From: Vairimorpha necatrix
Taxonomy: Eukaryota
Reading direction: 5' to 3'
DNA length: 64,000 nucleotides
NCBI GenBank assembly: GCA_036630325.1
Contig: CP142728.1
Coordinates: forward strand, 1,178,001 to 1,242,000
Below the pieces are notes generated by a model that did not search any database, was not told where the DNA came from, and saw only the letters and a list, made by a program, of their open reading frames with translations. The position numbers were made by a program, and so were the translations under genes. Shown here in pieces: positions 1 to 10,635 of the stretch. Position 1 is the stretch's first letter. Every line of letters starts with the position of its first letter.

Positions 1-1004
1 ATGAGATATATCTGTTTTTAAAACTAGGTGAATTCGTCGTAATTGTAAACTCTGAAGATGCTTAGTAGTTGACTGGAAAAGGCGTATATAAGTGTTTATG
101 TAATTAAAAATTTTAACTGCGAAGAAAATGTCTCGGCAGTAATGTCAAGCATATCTAGCCAAATTAAATGTCTTGATATGAGCACTTCGTCGTGAAAGTT
201 TTTTATTAAATTTTCATTTTTCACAAATTTTTTTTTGTCTTAAAAATATAGAGGTCGACTCGGCTTAATTAAATTTCCACTATTTTTTTCCAACTATCAA
301 CAAGAAAATTGGTTGTTTTAACTAATTTACCAATATAGCTATGAATAAAAAATTTGATTATAAATAAATTTAATTGATCACATTTCCATTCATATCCTGA
401 TCTGTACTTCTTAAAATTTTTATACATTGTATTAGATTGATTTTAATATCATGTTTATTTATAAAAAAGCATACGCCAGTCAACTATATAATAAACACAT
501 AGAAGTAGGCATTAGAGAGGCAAGACGTGAGATACGGATGATCATAAAATCGACAATATAGCTATAATAAGTAATCACAATATAAACGAGCTCTTACAAT
601 TACTTCGATTTTGGGCTTTATAAAAATAAATTTAGCCTTGCAAGAAAATAATATGCGTTTTTTGATTATATAATAAAAGTAAAGCAAATTCAAGAAGGTC
701 TGAATAAATATGTTCATATAAAAAGATTTTTCGAGTGCAGGAGATGCTTCATTAATAAAGATATGTACTAAAGAAGAGGCTTATGTAGAATGGACGTTAT
801 TAAACATTACCAGGTAGTTAAAAGCTCGAATTTTAGACCCAATAATTAAAATAAATGTGTATATATATATATATATATATATTTTCTAGCAAATATAATC
901 GTATAAAATGCTGTTGTTGATTGATTATTAAAAGTACTGTAAAAATATACGTAGACAATACAAGTCATTTAATGTATATGGAATTTATATGTTCAATGTT
1001 TTTA

Positions 1005-1754
1005 TTAGAAAAGTTTATAAAGTATCAATGATTGTAGAGATCCGCCCAGTATTCCTCCTGCAAATTGAGCTAATAGATAAATATACCAATTATCCCATAT
1101 TCCTGATAATATCATAGGACTTAAAACAATCCCAGGATTAAAAGCTCCACCAGAACTACCAAGGCCAATTAAAGCACAGAATCCTAATGTAAATCCAATG
1201 GCCAAGGGGGCTGTAGTCTTCCTCCCTTCTGTTAATTGTTCGTCAGGGTCTAATTGATCCCCTTGTTCATCTTTGGGAGGGCTATAAGGATTTACTCCTA
1301 CAGCAAAAGCCACATACACTAGAATGGCAGTAAGAAATATTTCGGTAGCGAAAATATTCCCTCTATCAACATCATCTGATACTCTCTTGGGTCTAGCTAT
1401 ATCTAACTTATTTCTATATTTCCCTGGTAAACATGCTACAGAGCAAAGGCCTGCTATAATAAATCCGATTATTTGGAAAATTATAAAACAAATGCCTTTT
1501 AGAATTCCCAATTTTCCTAAACAAATAGCAGCAAATGTTATGGCCGGGTTAAAATGTGCTAAACAAATATCGCAGAAAGAATAAATGACGGCCAAGCCAC
1601 TAAAGGCAACAGTAAGGGCGACTATGACAGGAGCAGCAGCTTGACCAGTTTGTGTAGAGGCGATTATAGAAGTAAAGACAGCAAATCCAAAAATGAAAGA
1701 TGCGAACATTTCTCCAATATTTGCTTGGAGTTGTTTTATGACCCTTCTTACCAT
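1005..1754 (-). CDS. AQP: Aquaporin (MIP family)
   Basis: Six hydrophobic segments with HFNPAIT and AFNPGIV loops (NPA/NPG). Confidence 0.95.
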   Translation of the reverse strand: MVRRVIKQLQANIGEMFASFIFGFAVFTSIIASTQTGQAAAPVIVALTVAFSGLAVIYSFCDICLAHFNPAITFAAICLGKLGILKGICFIIFQIIGFIIAGLCSVACLPGKYRNKLDIARPKRVSDDVDRGNIFATEIFLTAILVYVAFAVGVNPYSPPKDEQGDQLDPDEQLTEGRKTTAPLAIGFTLGFCALIGLGSSGGAFNPGIVLSPMILSGIWDNWYIYLLAQFAGGILGGSLQSLILYKLF

Positions 1755-2154
1755 ATTGTTTATGCAGTAATTTTCTTTTTATAAATCCATCAGTGAATTT
1801 GTTTACTAAGACAAACAAACTGTAAAAAGAAAGATCTAAATTTATTACATGTTATAAAGTAAAACTATAATAAACATACTAATTATATCAAAAATTACTG
1901 AATTCCAATCTTATGCATTTAAATTAAAAATAGAAGAATTAATCTTATAGATTATATAAATATATGTATGATCAAATAAAAAAATAAAATTTTGTTTATT
2001 GATATGCTAGTCTATATATTTTTAGAAGCTTGTTTACTATTGTGGCTTCAATCAGTTTAATTGTTTCCTTTTTCCGACCCCTTTAAAATGCGTTTTACTT
2101 AGTTATTTTTTCTCCTTTTTTGATGTCTTTTTCTTCTGAAATTCCCCCTCTAAA

Positions 2155-3126
2155 ATGAGACCCTTTTTTTCTTTTATAAATCCACTAAGCTTTTATTTAC
2201 TTCTTTTATTGCAAAATTATCTTGTGAAAACTTCACAATCTTTTTTCTTTTGTACTGTTGGTGTCATTCCTCTATTGATCTACCTACTACTTGTAAAAAG
2301 CGCCTTTAATAGAAAATCAGTCACATTCAAAATATTATTTTTCAGTTTGATTCTTCCTCTTCTGGATTTTATATCTCTATATTTTTTATTTAATTGTATG
2401 TTAAATTATTCTTCTTATATTGTCATTTCTCTTACAGGTCTACTTTTTATTTTTATTCTAACTAGTACACTTGCATTTGATATCGCTATTAATTTATTAA
2501 GTTCACTTGTAGTTCTTTTTACATTTGTAAAGGTCTTAGAATATGAAGTATTTGGAAATATGGATGACTACACATTATACAGTACAATAACAAGTCAAAC
2601 TAGTGAAAATTACTGGGCGGCTTTCATTATTTGTATTTTTAGGATCGGGTTACAAAGAAACGCTTTCTATAATGAAAATTCCCAAATTGTCAATCAGATG
2701 AGCATCTTCTTTTTTATGATTTATACTGCTTTTTATCTTTTTATAGACATGAAAAGTACAATCAGAGAAGGATATTTTGGGAATCAATATAATTATTTGA
2801 CATTTATAAGCATTTTTTTAAGTATATTGTGGCTATTTTCGCTTGATAAATTATCAGGTAAAATGTGTCATAAATATATTATCACATGTATAGGTATCTT
2901 GTGTATTTATTTTATATTTCCGAATTTAGAGCTTTTTGGTGTAAGCAGAATTGAGTCGTCATTGTATTTTATCTATTTGACACTTTTTATCATACTCATT
3001 TCATTATATTGTTTTTTACAGGTAAATAAATATTACAATATTGAAATCTTAAGACAGAGAAGAGAGAACAATAATGAAACATCAGAAGGTAGAATATTTA
3101 CAAATGATGTTTTTTTAGCATTCTAA
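2155..3126 (+). CDS. Multi-pass membrane protein, function unknown
   Basis: 323-aa ORF with many hydrophobic segments; CCCCC motif just before the ATG; stop followed by AATAAA. Confidence 0.75.
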   Translation: MRPFFSFINPLSFYLLLLLQNYLVKTSQSFFFCTVGVIPLLIYLLLVKSAFNRKSVTFKILFFSLILPLLDFISLYFLFNCMLNYSSYIVISLTGLLFIFILTSTLAFDIAINLLSSLVVLFTFVKVLEYEVFGNMDDYTLYSTITSQTSENYWAAFIICIFRIGLQRNAFYNENSQIVNQMSIFFFMIYTAFYLFIDMKSTIREGYFGNQYNYLTFISIFLSILWLFSLDKLSGKMCHKYIITCIGILCIYFIFPNLELFGVSRIESSLYFIYLTLFIILISLYCFLQVNKYYNIEILRQRRENNNETSEGRIFTNDVFLAF

Positions 3127-3310
3127 TAAAAATATAAACATAAAAAAATTTAAAATACAATAAAAATTTTATCGTGTTTTTGTAAGCATATAAAAAGTTT
3201 ATACAGGGAAAACCTCCAATATTTTGTAAATTTAATAGAATCAAATAATTAGATTTCATTTTTTCAGTTGAAAAAATTTATAAATTAATATTGTAAAAAT
3301 TTTTATTTTT

Positions 3311-3796
3311 TTATAAATGATTTTTTAATAAGTTAACACATTTATCATGAAATGATAAAACTTCCTCTTCACTTAAAAACTTATTCTTTGGTATTTCAAA
3401 TCCCAATTTCCCACAGAAATCACAAACAGTCGTCTCAAAATTGAAAAATTTTACACTTTCTTCTAATAAATCATTATGTCTTTTTTTTATTAGAAATTCA
3501 TTTAGCTCTGTATTTCCCGTATTCACAGAAATAAATCCATGTTTTTCATGTTTAATTAGTTCAATATTCCCTATTGTATATTTTATAAAATCTCCGTCTT
3601 TATCTTCTTTGACTTTAACAATTTCATTTTTATTTCTGAAAACATTCTTAAGTTTTATAAAATTTTTATGGATGTTTAGAAGATTATTTTTAAAATGATC
3701 AGATGAATTATAAACAGTTTTGAAAGTATTAAGAGATTTTAAGAAGTCTGATATGTGACAATTAAGAATATCTTTTCTATTAAAATTGGCGTCCAT
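3311..3796 (-). CDS. Hypothetical protein, possibly Mediator subunit Med27-like
   Basis: 161-aa ORF; C-terminal CDFCGK-x(n)-FHDKC resembles the Med27 C-terminal zinc site (CxxCGK...FHDxC). The product call is tentative. Confidence 0.5.
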   Translation of the reverse strand: MDANFNRKDILNCHISDFLKSLNTFKTVYNSSDHFKNNLLNIHKNFIKLKNVFRNKNEIVKVKEDKDGDFIKYTIGNIELIKHEKHGFISVNTGNTELNEFLIKKRHNDLLEESVKFFNFETTVCDFCGKLGFEIPKNKFLSEEEVLSFHDKCVNLLKNHL

Positions 3797-3870
3797 GGAA
3801 ATGAGGATAATACAAAAAACAAATGTAACAGCATCCTTATTGATCTATATTTGAATTTTGTATTTTATAT

Positions 3871-3944
3871 GCTCTGGTAGCTCAGTCGGTTAGAGCGTCG
3901 TGCTAATAACGCGAAGGCCCTGGGTTCGAATCCCAGTCGGAGCA
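3871..3944 (+). tRNA. tRNA-Ile (AAT)
   Basis: Cloverleaf: acceptor gctctgg/tcggagc, anticodon arm tcgtg-ctAATaa-cgcga, GTTCGAA T-loop, followed by a T-run. Confidence 0.96.
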
Positions 3945-4130
3945 ATTTTTTGTCTAATGAACATGGATGGTGTAGGTTTTTTATTTTTTAAAACTAAAAA
4001 CATTTAAACTAATCATATTATGATGACATTTTTGTATAAAACTAGAAGTTTTATTCTAAATTTAAATCAGCCAAAAAAACTATGAAATCTAGGTTAAAAA
4101 CATTAGTATAGATTTTTTAAATAATTTTTT

Positions 4131-4781
4131 TTAATATGAATTATATGAAGTGTAACTTGAAAATATTAAATATAAATATCTAAACCATAGTAATTGACTT
4201 CTATGGTAGGTCATCATCTTCATGACGCTAAAATAATCCTTAAAGCCTAATATAAACTCTCTTTCACCTAACAAATAATTACAAAAATATTTCTGGAAGA
4301 TATTTTGACTTTTTAAATACATCGTCTCAATTGGAAATTCCTGACTAAACTTTTTTGCTGCTTCGTAACACGACTTGTGATTTTTATGACCTGAGACGCC
4401 ACATTGATCAAATGTTATTAAAATATAAAATGGGTTTATAAGGCAATTATAAGTTAATACATTTGTAATAACTTGTATATCCCAATCTTCATTATCAAAT
4501 AAGTTATACATAGTCAAGTCCCAATTATAATCTAGACAGAGAGATTTTAGTTCGTTTTCTCTTGTATAATCCCATTTAAATAATGTGTCACCTTTTGATA
4601 GACACAAGATGTGGATTTTGGATTTGAGGTTTAACAAAGTAGGAGCGAAAAACATTGATTCGTCGTCTGGGTGAGCAATCAATAAACAGTAGTTTTTATT
4701 AGCAGGTACATGAGAAAAAAGGAACCTTTTATAGTTTCTAAGAGTAAAAAACACGAAAAAAACAGACAAAAATATTATCAT
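4131..4781 (-). CDS. GPI12: GlcNAc-PI de-N-acetylase (PIG-L)
   Basis: AHPDDE, ITFD..GVSGHKNH and HRSQLLWFRYLY motifs; N-terminal TM; ATG at 4781 follows a CCCC motif. Confidence 0.93.
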   Translation of the reverse strand: MIIFLSVFFVFFTLRNYKRFLFSHVPANKNYCLLIAHPDDESMFFAPTLLNLKSKIHILCLSKGDTLFKWDYTRENELKSLCLDYNWDLTMYNLFDNEDWDIQVITNVLTYNCLINPFYILITFDQCGVSGHKNHKSCYEAAKKFSQEFPIETMYLKSQNIFQKYFCNYLLGEREFILGFKDYFSVMKMMTYHRSQLLWFRYLYLIFSSYTSYNSY

Positions 4782-5040
4782 AAACAAAAGAAGGGGAGAA
4801 GCATAAAATTCATATATATATATATGTTGTTTTCTTTTTAATATTAAAATTGAATTTGATTTTATGAAATATATATGATAGTTATAATGTAAAAATTAAA
4901 TTTAGCAAGCAATGATGGCAATGTATATGGAGGCATATGTCTACTACTCTTTACACGGCATTGCTGCATATGACTTAAATATAACGACGAAAACCCAAAT
5001 TATTTAGTTTGAAATGGCCATTTGAATTGTAAAAAGATAA

Positions 5041-5042
<2 letters not shown>

Positions 5043-5074
<32 letters not shown>
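5043..5074. repeat. (TA)n microsatellite; others at 860-882 and 20933-20968
   Basis: Perfect TA runs. Confidence 0.95.
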
Positions 5075-5077
<3 letters not shown>

Positions 5078-5139
5078 GATTTATATATTTTTGTATCCCT
5101 CTATACAATCAGTATTTGCTTTCATGCCTCCTTACTTTT

Positions 5140-5450
5140 TGCTTGTAAGTAAGAGGATGGAAGAACCCTTATATAGAAATCTGAAGGACTTGGACCTTGA
5201 TCGTCATCTGACTGATACTGTAAAATTATTACTAAAAAAAAACAACCCCATAAAATTTGATGACAGCAAGCTCTGTTATATTCATTAGACCTTGGCTAGA
5301 AAAACATTTTTTATTTATACCTCAATTCGTGTCAAGTGACCTCACAGCGGAAATATTTGACATAAGGGTCTCTCAATCAAGAAAGATAGAGAGACATTAT
5401 CTGTATATCGCACACGACTCCTTACACCGCCACATTATCAGCCCGGCATA
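5140..5450 (-). mobile_element. Old 5'-truncated copy of the tRNA-headed SINE (3' part only)
   Basis: Aligns by eye with 6588-6922 (gtaagagg..gaaccctta, tttatacctcaa, gacctcacagcgga, ctccttacac, cagcccggc). Ends are approximate. Confidence 0.8.
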
Positions 5451-5816
5451 ATAAATCATACAAATTGCGTTTATAAATCTAAATAACAGCTTATGAAAGT
5501 ATTATAATTCGTGTAACATTATTTATGATAACTGCCCAATATAACAGAATACAAAGAATTAAATTGAGATGTTATATTTTGCTTGTATATTCATATTTGA
5601 CAACTTAACAATTTATTCTATGAAGTATTATGCAATACATATATATATATGATTTATAAAAAAATATCTAAACAAAAGCATTTTTACTTTCGTTTTTTAT
5701 ATGATAATATATTCTTTAAAAACAAACAATTTCATTTTAATGGAAATATTAAAATTGATTTTTAAAAAATAAACTATATTAGAAAACTCATACAATAATA
5801 AATATAAATGGTACCG

Positions 5817-6095
5817 GAGTTTCCAGGCTATAAGATCCTTATAAAAGAGACCATGGATCTCTTTTATGGGTGTATGTCTTCTATTGATATAAAAATTTGA
5901 AATTTTTTTTATTTTTTTTGAAAATTTACCCCCATAAAAAAAATCTTACACTCTAAAATAAAAATTAAAAGGATTACAAAAATTGCGTGAAAATAATGGC
6001 AACATAAGTATGACTGCTCTCGAGTTGCAGATTACTGTCAAGTTTTCAGGTTAAGAGATCCACTTATAGAAGAGACCATGGATCTCTTCTACTAG
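5817..6095. repeat. Two ~50-bp direct repeats, each containing a perfect hairpin
   Basis: ataaaagaga-ccatgga-tctcttttat (5841-5867) and tagaagaga-ccatgga-tctcttcta (6067-6091). Confidence 0.8.
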
Positions 6096-6585
6096 TATAA
6101 AAAATCCATTTCAAAAAGTCGTAAAATTCGACTTTGGGGTGGATCTCTTACCCGTAAACCCCCGTGATAATAATAAGGAACTTATCTGAAGACTTGCTTT
6201 TTAATTTTTGACCAAATTCACCGATATTATTTCTTTTTTTACTACCGTATTTTTTATCTTAATCGATTATTTGACGCACTCTCTACTACTTATAAAGGCC
6301 ACTACAAAAAGAACTCAATTTAAGTATTTTTGTTTTTAATTTTGTTAACATCCTTTTTACGACCACCTTATCTACAATAAAGAAAATATTGATAGAATTA
6401 TGAATAAATTTTTTTTTAATTCTGTAGGGAATTTCTATCATTTGATCCATCTTTGGCAGGCATTGTATTTGAAATTGTTTCATTCTTATCAGTAAAATCG
6501 TTATCATATTTCCTCATACACGTTTGTATCTGGGGCTTTCGTCCCATAACTTGAAAGAAAACTTATTTGTAGCGGGGGGGGGGGG

Positions 6586-7372
6586 TTCTTGCAAGTAAGA
6601 GGCAGGGAGAACCCTTACATAGGGACCAGGGGGATTTGGGTGTGATCCTCATCCAACTGGTACTGTGGAATTTTACTCACTAAAACTCCCTTCATACAAC
6701 TTGCCGGCGCGCAACCTCCGCCGTATCCATTGGACTTTGGCTCCAGGAGAACACTTTCCATTTATACCTCAAATCGCGCCCAGAGAGACCTCACAGCGGA
6801 TATACTTAATGGCATGGTTATCTATAACCCCGAGGAGAGACATAATCGTACTGATTCAAAGGTCCCTACAATCATCTGTATTTCACACACGGCTCCTTAC
6901 ACGACCACATCCCCAGCCCGGCGTTTTTTTTTTATTGGGCTGCGTTGACCACCAGTCTCCCACTAGTTTCGGCCACCGTGTTACAGAATCATGTAGTATA
7001 GGGTCCACGAGACCTTCTATTGCCCTACTTCGTCTAGTCTCTTAGTTCGCTCTAGGATCCCATCTAGAGTGCACCAGCCATGGGCGCCAACTAGGCTGTA
7101 CCCATTAGATACCTTTATGTATCATTAAGTCACCAAAGGGCGATACTGCTTTTTGGCTTTGAGGTGCGTTTCTACACTAGATGCTAATCCCCTTGTGGCT
7201 GGGCACACACAAGTTTCATTGAATCTACTTAATGATTATCGTGAACATTTTCATCATCTGAGTTGTTCCGACTGCATCATAGAAAGTATAAACAATTTTG
7301 GTGCCCCCGGGAATCGAACCTAGCCATTGCTCAATAGAAGCATTGCATTCTGCCACTGTGCTAAGGGCACCT
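6586..7372 (-). mobile_element. tRNA-headed SINE, full-length young copy
   Basis: Minus-strand tRNA-like head at 7299-7370 with A and B boxes; highly similar to 24420-25189; 13-bp TSD tttgtagcggggg at 6566-6578 and 7373-7385. Confidence 0.88.
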
Positions 7373-8544
7373 TTTGTAGCGGGGGTATGGCGGTGTTATA
7401 ATCATATACAACTTTATTAATAACTACTAACCATTTGTTATTATTATAATGCTTTTTTTAAGATTTTTCTGTGTGTAACGAGTAAGGGGTATTAGATCTC
7501 TCGACTTGTCCTGACACTGAGGATGGCGGGGTCTGCCATGAATAAACAAATATTATTTAGAAAAGAAAATTTAACTAATAATTTTTTTTTTTACTGTCTA
7601 CCGATGTCACATTTAACTATAGCTAAAACTTAACGTTTGAGATTTATATTCTTACTTTGATGCGACTTCAACGGTGTTTATTCACGAAGCAGAGATAAAA
7701 GTAGATTTAACCCATATTTCACTACTCTAAATGCCCAATAGAAGCCGTAAATTTCACCGACATACGCACTCATATAGACACCATCAATGAATAATCTTTC
7801 GAAAGACTAATAGCGGCGACGTGCGAATTTTTTTTATTTAAGAGTTGTGTTTGAATATATATGATTTATTAACTGCAAAACTCCCTTAAACACACCCAGG
7901 TACACTAGAGTATAGTTATTTACATTTCGCGAAGTTTCGGTCTTGGATATTATGTACTGTAGATAGTTTACTTTGATCTTTATTTCATAGATTGAACCAT
8001 GTTATCACAAGTCTTGTTTTCCAACTATTACATATTTTGTAAAGAGAATTTTTATACAACGAAAAAATTTAGGATTTCTTCCTTAGAGTATATTGTGAAT
8101 GTTTGTCGCGTCCAAACTAACCACCTCACCTTTGATTATTTAAACAAGTTGATAATACTGATCTGGTTCAAACTCTTTTATTAGTTTAAAAGTGGATATT
8201 TCTTAAAATATTATAAGTATACTTTTTAATTTCTTTATAAGGATGTTGCCATAGCCTGGCGCAGTGGTTACGACTCTCTTGACTTTTTGGACATAGATTT
8301 AAATTCTAAAGGTATAAAAATTACTTAGCCGTTGACAACTTAAATTTTAGCCAATTTTTTCTATAATAAGCCCAAAAATATTAATGTATTTGTAGGTTTA
8401 TTTACATCATTTGGATCTGAAAACGTTTAAATTTAGCAGTGAGTTTAAAAAAATACCAAAAGTCCTCGATAGGGACGCAGTAGCATTCTAAATATATATT
8501 GAAAATTGTTTTTTGAGTTAATTTATCATAAAGCTCAAATATTA

Positions 8545-9745
8545 ATAGCACAGCTTTCCCCGGTATCGCTCATGGGATTCAGTTCTTCACAAACTTTGGG
8601 TTTTGTGGAATTATTTATTTTTTTCAACTTCAAACTTTAAGCTTTATTTCACTTTGTAGACACCATTTTTTAACAGTCGACATATTCGCTAACGCGCTTA
8701 CAGCTCTGGCCTTTATCTCCTCTACTGCATCCTCTTGATCGTATCCTCGTCGTCGTTCCAAGATATGGACTCTAGAGTCTTCTTCATCACAATAGACTGG
8801 ATATATGCTTCAAGATAGAGTTATATTTTCAGCTCCCTGATGTATTTTCTGTGATATTTGGACACAACTCCTATCCATGTCATTACATAAGGAACTATTC
8901 TTTTCCGGGATTTATGAATTAGTCCCAGTTCATTTGCAAAGAGGTCAGATTTTCTTTGTTTTCCATTCTCAACTATAGTAAGTCGATCCTGGTTGATTAT
9001 ACCTACTTCAACTATTAAAATTTCTTTCTTCTTCTCAAACACAAGAATATCAGGATTGCTATGGGTCACCTTTATATTAGTGGATATTCTCGTATCTACT
9101 CTTATTTTGCAAGATCATTTTCCATGATCTCTTGTACTGTTTGTCCACGTATTTTCTTTGTCTTCTTAACCCATATTTAATACATAGTAAGAGATGAATG
9201 CATCTAACTACCTCGTTGTATCTTTTCATATAATTAAAACCTAGCATTCGTTCACTTTGGGTAACTAAATGATCTATGCTCTTCCTATGAGATCCACAAC
9301 GGGAGATTGTCCCGCTTGTCCACAAAAAATATTCCTATCCTGTAGGAAGTAGTAAATTTCTTCGGATCTAGCCTGATTGTTTCTTTCGACTAGCTAAGAA
9401 GAAGAGTCCCTAATGCTTACTAAATCATTGATCCTAGCTTTTAACAACTTTCCATACTTTTTCTATATACCAATTTTGTTGTGAAGTGCTTCTTTTTGAG
9501 ATTCTATTTGCATCTTCTCGGTTATTTCTCCTACAAAGCTATACTCGATCCTTAGATACTCGTATATTGTAAACAAGTTGGATTTGTTCTCTGCTTCTAC
9601 TTTAAGTATCACTGCCCGTCTTAGTGAGCTATTACTAGATCCATCTAATGAGTTATATACATATATTCAGAAGCATATTTTCGCTTTTATCTTCGATACT
9701 TATGAAACTTCTTCCCATTTCGGATCTAGGTTATACATATATATA
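8545..9745 (-). mobile_element. 5'-truncated, frameshifted RLE-type non-LTR retrotransposon (R4/NeSL-like)
   Basis: Fragments in order: PRSEMGR (RT thumb), degenerate CCHC knuckle (SIDHLVT), KRYNEVVRCIH, NPDILV..IVEVG..KQRK (PD-(D/E)xK endonuclease), PYVMTWIG. Ends are approximate. Confidence 0.85.
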
Positions 9746-10635
9746 TTTCATACAAAAACTATGATATTATTTTTTTACTTTTTAGAATTATAAATCTATT
9801 TTTTCTTTTATCTTTTTTCACTTTTTAGGAGCATACAATTAATTTATGGAGATTTCTGCTTGAGTTGCCTCAATATTAAAATTTAAACATTTATTAGAAG
9901 GTTTAATTTTTTATCCATTAAAATCTATTTTTGTATTCTAATACACTTTGTGCTGATTTAAGATTGTTATCTATTTTGAATTTTTCGTATTAAATTAATG
10001 ATTTAATGGTGTCCTATATGAATAAACTCATTTTTTTATGGTTTAAAATTGTAAAACTAAGTTCCAAAAAGGCGTCCGCACTATTTTTATATTTACCAGA
10101 AAAAAATTTAAAGAGATTCATCATCTAAAAATGGTAAATGTAAAAAAATATAGTGTTTTTTATTAATTTAAAATGTAAAAATTCATTTCGTTAATTATTT
10201 ATCTATTTATAAACAAATTTTATCAAATCAAGAAACACAAAAGTGTTTTTTTGATTAATTTATATTTTGTCCTAGTCAATTTTCAATCAAAATAAAAAAT
10301 AAAAATGCAAAAAACTAGTATATTCGTTTATCAAAGTGAAACAAGACATCTACATCTGCAATTTAAACAAAATAAAAAAAATCGATTGTATAAAAAAGTA
10401 GACAATGTTTAGTAATGTCAAAATGCTAAAAAATACGCCAAGATTTAACTGAAAGCACTTCGAAATCTGAAATCTACAGCATTTAATACTTTATCTATTC
10501 CACATTTTTCTGACACACATTTCAATACTTTAATTTTAAAACGAAAAGAAAAAAAATTTGCATTTCATATTCCATATATGGCTAATTACAAAATTATCTT
10601 TTTTTGTATAAAAATAAAAACTTGTGTTACACCCC

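Noticed and set aside
6665-7045. Short ORFs inside the SINE copies (also 24402-25257 and 5022-5451)
   Set aside because: Frames and starts are not conserved between copies.
7299-7370. tRNA genes at 7299-7370 and 25116-25187
   Set aside because: The anticodon arm is non-canonical and differs between copies; both are the heads of a TSD-flanked repeat.
7515-7550. Hammerhead-like ctgagga-stem-gaata
   Set aside because: Lacks the conserved GAAA and clear stems I and III.
8245-8310. tRNA A-box-like tggcgcagtgg
   Set aside because: No intact B box or cloverleaf.
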